From the IMG/VR virus record IMGVR_UViG_3300035162_004754, positions 11,040 to 75,039 of that record: DNA of 64,000 nt; one strand, 5' to 3'. A program made the position numbers and the translations under genes. How positions within the stretch are numbered: the stretch's first letter is position 1; each line of letters begins with the position of its first letter. Below the pieces are notes generated by a model. That model did no database searches, was not told the DNA's origin, and saw only the letters and a list, made by a program, of their open reading frames with translations. Shown piece by piece: positions 59,209-64,000 of this stretch. Source of the stretch: a virus.

Positions 59209-60957
59209 ATGGAAGAAACTGCAAGATTCAGTCCTCTAGGAGGGACTTTTAAAGATACTCCTGCAGCTCAAAAGATTTTTAATAGTGTTACATTTAGAGA
59301 TGCAATCACAAGAATGCAAACCGAAAGAGATTTGCCAGATCCTTGTGGGACATCAGAGATGTCTAAAATCAATACACAATTACAAAAGTTTTTCACAGTC
59401 CTAAAAGGAATTAAAAAATATGCCGATTTATATGTAAACGGAACTATTAATAAGATACAAAATCTTACGGCACTTATTAGAAGTACATCTCAAATTATTG
59501 GTGCAGTTCTCAAAACTCTTGTTAATCGATTAAGAGATTTCTTAATTGATAAAATTAGAAAGGGTATTGAAGATCTTATTGATATGATTCTTCCTACAGT
59601 ATTGAAATCAATCAAGGCTACTATTATTCAAACTGTCATAGACAATATTTTCTGTGCATTTAAAGATGTTATTTCCAATATTTCAAATCTTGTTGTAGAT
59701 TTCTTATTTGAATTAATTGGAAAAATTGTTAATGTTCCTTTCTGTGCCGCACAGCAATTTACTAATGCACTTATAAACAATATTGCAGCAATTATTGATA
59801 AAGCAGTTGGTCCAATCTTAGATCAGATTAATGATGTTCTTGGTGGAGTTACAAAAATTATTGGTAACGTATTCCAGGCACTTGACTATATTTTAGGATT
59901 TGAAGCATTCTTATGTGCGAAACCAAATTGTCCAGAGATTAAAAAATTCAAAGCAAGTCCTTGGGGTGGACCATCTCAATCTGAGATTGATAAGTTTTCT
60001 GGTTTTCTGGCACCACCAACCGCAGGAGATTTGATTAAAGGTGCGACAGATTTTATTGATGGAATTGAAATCTTTGGAGAACCTCTTGGAAATTCGGCAG
60101 GAACTGCTCCATCAAGTATTACTGAATGCGATCCGAGTGCTTATAAATGTGGGCCACCACAGGTTGAGATATTTGGTGGTGGAGGAGTAGGTGCAGCTGC
60201 AGAAGTTGTTGTAGATAATATTGGAAGAACAATAGGAGTAAATATCACTAATAGAGGTTCTGGATATACAAGACCTCCATTTGTATCTTTTATTGATGGT
60301 TGTGAAGATACATTTACTAGTGGATATGCAGTAATTAGTGAATCTGGAGGAACTGGAACTGGAGGAACTGGAACTGGAGGAACTGGAACTGGAGGAACTG
60401 GAACTGGAACTGGAGGAACTGGAACTGGAGGAACTGGAACTGGAGGGACTGGAGGAGAAGTTACTGACATAGTTCTTACGACAACACCTGTCTCAGTATT
60501 TCCAGATGGTAGAACTGAATTTGATCCACCATCTGAAACCGAAACTGTAGATGATGAAATTAGAGATGATTTTGTTGTTTGTTTAGAAGGATTTAGAATT
60601 TTAGATACTGGTATAGGATATACTACAAATGATAATATTATAATTACTCCAGATATTCCAGGACTTACAGCAGCAGTTCAAATGACTGAGTTTGGGCAAA
60701 TTATTAGTATCCAAATCGGAACAAATGCATGTGGTCTTCCAGGATATCCAGATATTGAAATAAATAGTCCAACAGGTGAAGGAGCTATTATTGAACCAAT
60801 ACTATCATTCACTCGTGTTTCAGACTTTGATGAGTCTGCGGATGATGTCCAACTATCACTAGATGGACCAATTGATACATTAAGAGGAAGAAGCGTGTTA
60901 GTAGAAAGAGGATTTACAAGAAAAGATCTTGTCCGTGTTGTTGATTGTGTGAGTTAA
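59209..60957 (+). CDS. Baseplate hub/spike-associated protein (gp5-like middle part)
   Basis: CGPPQVEIFGGGG, GSGYTRPP, VVDCV; own SD AAGGAGG. Confidence 0.65.
   Translation: MEETARFSPLGGTFKDTPAAQKIFNSVTFRDAITRMQTERDLPDPCGTSEMSKINTQLQKFFTVLKGIKKYADLYVNGTINKIQNLTALIRSTSQIIGAVLKTLVNRLRDFLIDKIRKGIEDLIDMILPTVLKSIKATIIQTVIDNIFCAFKDVISNISNLVVDFLFELIGKIVNVPFCAAQQFTNALINNIAAIIDKAVGPILDQINDVLGGVTKIIGNVFQALDYILGFEAFLCAKPNCPEIKKFKASPWGGPSQSEIDKFSGFLAPPTAGDLIKGATDFIDGIEIFGEPLGNSAGTAPSSITECDPSAYKCGPPQVEIFGGGGVGAAAEVVVDNIGRTIGVNITNRGSGYTRPPFVSFIDGCEDTFTSGYAVISESGGTGTGGTGTGGTGTGGTGTGTGGTGTGGTGTGGTGGEVTDIVLTTTPVSVFPDGRTEFDPPSETETVDDEIRDDFVVCLEGFRILDTGIGYTTNDNIIITPDIPGLTAAVQMTEFGQIISIQIGTNACGLPGYPDIEINSPTGEGAIIEPILSFTRVSDFDESADDVQLSLDGPIDTLRGRSVLVERGFTRKDLVRVVDCVS
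60346..60456 (+). repeat. Gly-Thr coding microsatellite
   Basis: Tandem GGAGGAACTGGAACT / GGAACT units. Confidence 0.9.
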
Positions 60958-61560
60958 ATGGTAAAACCAATACCCCCAGAAGTTATTGTTTCAGATAACC
61001 AATATGGCACCATTATTATGGGCCCGGTTGGTGAGCAAGATAAAGTTGGTGAAGACATTGGCACCAATAAAATTGAGATGCTGAAAAGTGGATATTGTCA
61101 GATACATAGTCTCACTGGAAGTAATACACAAATTGTTCCTGGAAGTTCTCATGAAATTCTAGGAACTAATCTTGCTCAGGGAAGAAATGAAGACGAAAAA
61201 GAGAATGTTGCCAAGTCAATTGTATGTGAAAATGGTGATATTGTATTGAATGCCGCAAACGGAAATATCAAACTCCTTGCAAAAAATATATACATTGAAA
61301 CTGTTGGTGATAAGAGTGACGGATCAATCCTAATTAAGGCAAATGATCACATTACTATGAAAGCAGATGAACAACTCAATCTTGCCGGTGGTAAGGTTTG
61401 TGTAACATCTGCCGATAGTATAACTCTAAATGCAAAGGGTTATTTGAGGTTATTATATGCCGATGTTATTCAGGGTTCACCACTTTCAGGAATACTAGGT
61501 ACATTTGTTCCTGGTCCCGTTGCCGACTTAATTACAGATATTGTGGAGACTTGTAAATAA
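60958..61560 (+). CDS. Spike-like beta-helix protein (gp5 C-terminal-like)
   Basis: NGDIVLNAANGNIKLLAKNI-type repeats. Confidence 0.55.
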   Translation: MVKPIPPEVIVSDNQYGTIIMGPVGEQDKVGEDIGTNKIEMLKSGYCQIHSLTGSNTQIVPGSSHEILGTNLAQGRNEDEKENVAKSIVCENGDIVLNAANGNIKLLAKNIYIETVGDKSDGSILIKANDHITMKADEQLNLAGGKVCVTSADSITLNAKGYLRLLYADVIQGSPLSGILGTFVPGPVADLITDIVETCK

Positions 61561-62375
61561 TGGCTTTTCAAACTTTAGATAGTGGAACTGTAGATGTAAT
61601 CCATCCTATATTAGGAAGTGCATTAAATATACCAAAAGGTTTTTGGGAACCAGGATCACTTGCGGCACATAAAGGACACTTTGGACAAGGTGCATTAGCA
61701 GTTCCTTTTAGTGCTGCACTTGTAGCAGGACCATCATTAACATCACCATTAAGTTTTAATTCTATTGGTCTTGATGTTCATACTGGTGTATGGAATACAT
61801 TGGGAACAGATATAAGACTTGGAACTGATGTTTCAATTGGACCATTGACTGTTGATTATAGTGCTATTTTTTCCGAATTAAATGGTCTCAAATCTTCGGT
61901 TACTCCAGATTGGGGAGCTACAGCACCTATTATTAAGAGTAATGGAGCAAGCATTTTTCAAAATAGTCCATTTGGAAATCTAAATGGATTTTGGATGTAT
62001 AATGGTTCATTTGTTTCAACTGGACCACATACATCCGATATAAGACTTAAGAAGAATATAGAACCATTGACAAATGGTCTGGATAAGATTATGAAACTAA
62101 ATCCGGTGACTTTTGATTGGGATGAAACAATTGTTCCAGATCTTGCCGGAAAATATCCACATATGGTTGGATTGATTGCACAAGAAGTTGAGGAAGTTGT
62201 GCCAGAAGTCGTTTATAAAACGATGGTAAATAGTGTCAAAGATGGAAAAGAAAAGGGACGAGTTTATAAAAGAGTTCTTTATGAAAACTTAGTTGCTCAT
62301 TTGATTGATGGAATGAAAGAACAACAAAAACAAATTGAAGAATTGAAACAACGAATATCTGAATTGGAGAATTGA
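61560..62375 (+). CDS. Tail protein with C-terminal intramolecular chaperone (peptidase S74)
   Basis: SDIRLKKNI, GLIAQEVEEV.PE, terminal coiled coil. Confidence 0.85.
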   Translation: MAFQTLDSGTVDVIHPILGSALNIPKGFWEPGSLAAHKGHFGQGALAVPFSAALVAGPSLTSPLSFNSIGLDVHTGVWNTLGTDIRLGTDVSIGPLTVDYSAIFSELNGLKSSVTPDWGATAPIIKSNGASIFQNSPFGNLNGFWMYNGSFVSTGPHTSDIRLKKNIEPLTNGLDKIMKLNPVTFDWDETIVPDLAGKYPHMVGLIAQEVEEVVPEVVYKTMVNSVKDGKEKGRVYKRVLYENLVAHLIDGMKEQQKQIEELKQRISELEN

Positions 62376-62377
62376 AA

Positions 62378-63451
62378 ATGGAAGAATCATTAAGGAATAG
62401 AGCAAGAGAAGTCTTTGAGAAAGATCAAAAGCAACTAGATAATGCATTTGAACCATCATCCGATGTAAAGGCACCAGAAAATTATGAAAAAGTTACTGTT
62501 GTACAAAATAGTGATGGAAGTTATTCTAAAAATATTGAAGAAGTAGAATCTAATTTTTATGATGATAGTGTTGTAGGAAAGGTTGAGAATCAAATAAAAG
62601 AAGATGCCGAAACACTTCAAGCATTCTGTAAAGAATTTGATAATCAAATTGTTTCTTATAATTCCGAAATTAATGCAAAAAAACAAGAAATAGTAACCTT
62701 ATCTGCAGAAGCACTCGAACGTAATTGTTGGTCAGGTATTGTTTATACTGCAACTACTACGGGAGGAGTAATAGCAAGCACAGGTGTTGGTGCCACTACA
62801 GAAAATGTTGGAAATTATACTCTTATTGAAGATCGAGATGCACTTGAGATCTATAAAAAAATGGCAGGTCCAAATTTAGATTATGGTGCAGAAAATCCAT
62901 TTGATCCAACCAGTATTGTAACTTTAACCTCTTCTTACTCTGGATTTGGGCATGAAAATATTCGAGATAATGGAAAAACTGTATCTAGTGATAATACTAC
63001 AGAAGTAGAAGAAAGTGATTATAATGTTGGAGGTGGAGGAGATGGTAGTAAAGAATATCTTACAAATTTTGAAACCTCCCCTACAGTAGGATCAGGTCAA
63101 AGTGTATCATCAACATCTTCAAATCATATTGGTCCAAGAAACGTAGGTCCATTTAGTGCCTATGCTGGTGTTGGTGTTGCACCATATGCGACTAATACAT
63201 CACTGACGGGAACTGATGGTGCAAATAGATGTGTTGCTATTGCAAATTCTATTTCAACATTAGTGTCAGAAATCGCATCTCTCCGAACTCAAAGAGATGC
63301 TGCTGCTAATAGAGCAAATCTCAACAAGGTAAAAGAAAAGAAGATGGAAAAAGAGTTGCAGAACTGGGGATCGAATAATGTTAAATCAAAACAAACTCAA
63401 AGAAGAACCTCAAATGCAGACGTAATTTCTGCCGTAGATGCAATGATTTAA
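62378..63451 (+). CDS. Hypothetical virion protein
   Basis: Long ORF ending the tail operon. Confidence 0.6.
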   Translation: MEESLRNRAREVFEKDQKQLDNAFEPSSDVKAPENYEKVTVVQNSDGSYSKNIEEVESNFYDDSVVGKVENQIKEDAETLQAFCKEFDNQIVSYNSEINAKKQEIVTLSAEALERNCWSGIVYTATTTGGVIASTGVGATTENVGNYTLIEDRDALEIYKKMAGPNLDYGAENPFDPTSIVTLTSSYSGFGHENIRDNGKTVSSDNTTEVEESDYNVGGGGDGSKEYLTNFETSPTVGSGQSVSSTSSNHIGPRNVGPFSAYAGVGVAPYATNTSLTGTDGANRCVAIANSISTLVSEIASLRTQRDAAANRANLNKVKEKKMEKELQNWGSNNVKSKQTQRRTSNADVISAVDAMI

Positions 63452-63472
63452 CCACTTCCCCGACTGGCACAG

Positions 63473-63501
63473 TTGACACCGGCACTCAAATGCCTTATAA
63501 T
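63473..63501 (+). promoter_or_regulatory. Sigma70 (early-type) promoter
   Basis: TTGACA-17-TATAAT, perfect consensus. Confidence 0.85.
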
Positions 63502-63525
63502 AACAAGGTAAGCAACCAAGGCATC

Positions 63526-63714
63526 ATGCAAGACGAGTTTCTCACACGTTGTGTTGTAGACCCTACCAAACGCACATTCTACATCTATTCCAATGAAGGA
63601 GACACCAAAGAAATTATTTGTGATACTGTAGACCAGTTCATGAATGTTCTTGAGGTCATCCGTAATACTTGTCCCGAAGATGCCTTGGTTTATGCAGAAC
63701 CACTGGAGGTGTAA
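63526..63714 (+). CDS. Conserved cyanophage hypothetical protein
   Basis: First ATG downstream of the promoter; FYIYSNEGD..C..QFMNVL. Confidence 0.65.
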   Translation: MQDEFLTRCVVDPTKRTFYIYSNEGDTKEIICDTVDQFMNVLEVIRNTCPEDALVYAEPLEV

Positions 63715-63888
63715 ATGGAGATTTTTACCCTGAAAGAATGGGAAGACAATTTTGACGAACTTATAGGAAGAGTCGAAAACGGTGAAACCATAGGTATTGT
63801 GAGAGAAGATGGTAAAGCAGCAGTCATGATGCCTGCCGATGATGAACTAATACGAATACACACTGAGCAAAATAACGAAGCTCAGTAG
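63715..63888 (+). CDS. Phd/YefM antitoxin-like small protein (57 aa)
   Basis: Read manually: MEIFTLKEWEDNFDELIGRVENGETIGIVREDGKAAVMMPADD...; SD GGAGG. Confidence 0.55.
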   Translation: MEIFTLKEWEDNFDELIGRVENGETIGIVREDGKAAVMMPADDELIRIHTEQNNEAQ

Positions 63889-63898
63889 TTCATCATCA

Positions 63899-63986
63899 GC
63901 CCGTGAGACTTGGTAGTCAGAGAGGTTTTATAAACCTTTTCCTCCAGATTAGAGGCTTTGAGATGGTTCAAATCCATCCACGGGTA
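63899..63986 (+). tRNA. Atypical tRNA or tRNA-like RNA, anticodon UAU (Ile), long variable arm
   Basis: Acceptor GCCCGTG/CACGGGT, T-arm GATGG-TTCAAAT-CCATC, anticodon arm GAGGT-TTTATAA-ACCTT, D-arm GACT-TGGT-AGTC. Confidence 0.6.
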
Positions 63987-64000
63987 TCTGCTTCCTTAGC

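Noticed and set aside
60141-60470. Minus-strand Pro-Val repeat ORF
   Set aside because: Antisense shadow of the Gly-Thr microsatellite
63990-64000. Second tRNA starting GCTTCCTTAGC
   Set aside because: Plausible 5' end but only 11 nt lie inside the window, so it cannot be supported

Overview
AT-rich 64 kb segment of a T4-like marine cyanomyophage (Kyanoviridae-type, probably infecting Synechococcus or Prochlorococcus). In order: (1) 1-12990, a sugar-nucleotide and glycosyltransferase island (NTP-transferase/RpiB fusion, gmd, C-methyltransferase, GT4-like, GT6, GT11, GT25); (2) 13.0-22.7 kb, an auxiliary-metabolic island (two hli, petF, psbA split by a 212-nt group I intron and followed by a free-standing EndoVII-type homing endonuclease, talC, psbD, purC, purM, HNH); (3) 22.7-40.8 kb, a fibre/adhesin island (2101-aa repeat fibre, three paralogous 12-repeat YGYFGGG kelch-like proteins, three 2OG-Fe(II) oxygenases, fibre chaperone); (4) 40.9-48 kb, core genes (glutaredoxin, thyX, phoH, exonuclease, gp33, gp59, gp32); (5) 48-63.5 kb, baseplate/tail module (gp53, gp48, gp2, gp4, gp54, gp26, gp51, three tape-measure-like paralogues carrying M23 and amidase domains, hub, split gp5-like genes); (6) the start of a tRNA region. 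Strongest candidates for undescribed systems: a nested double glutamine-riboswitch-like RNA enclosing a small ORF upstream of a YRG-motif peptide (42.5-43.0 kb); a -1 frameshift signal that would fuse gp26 to gp51 just upstream of the tape-measure-like genes; and the mosaic double-propeller cassette. All calls come from motif recognition by eye; no searches were run.
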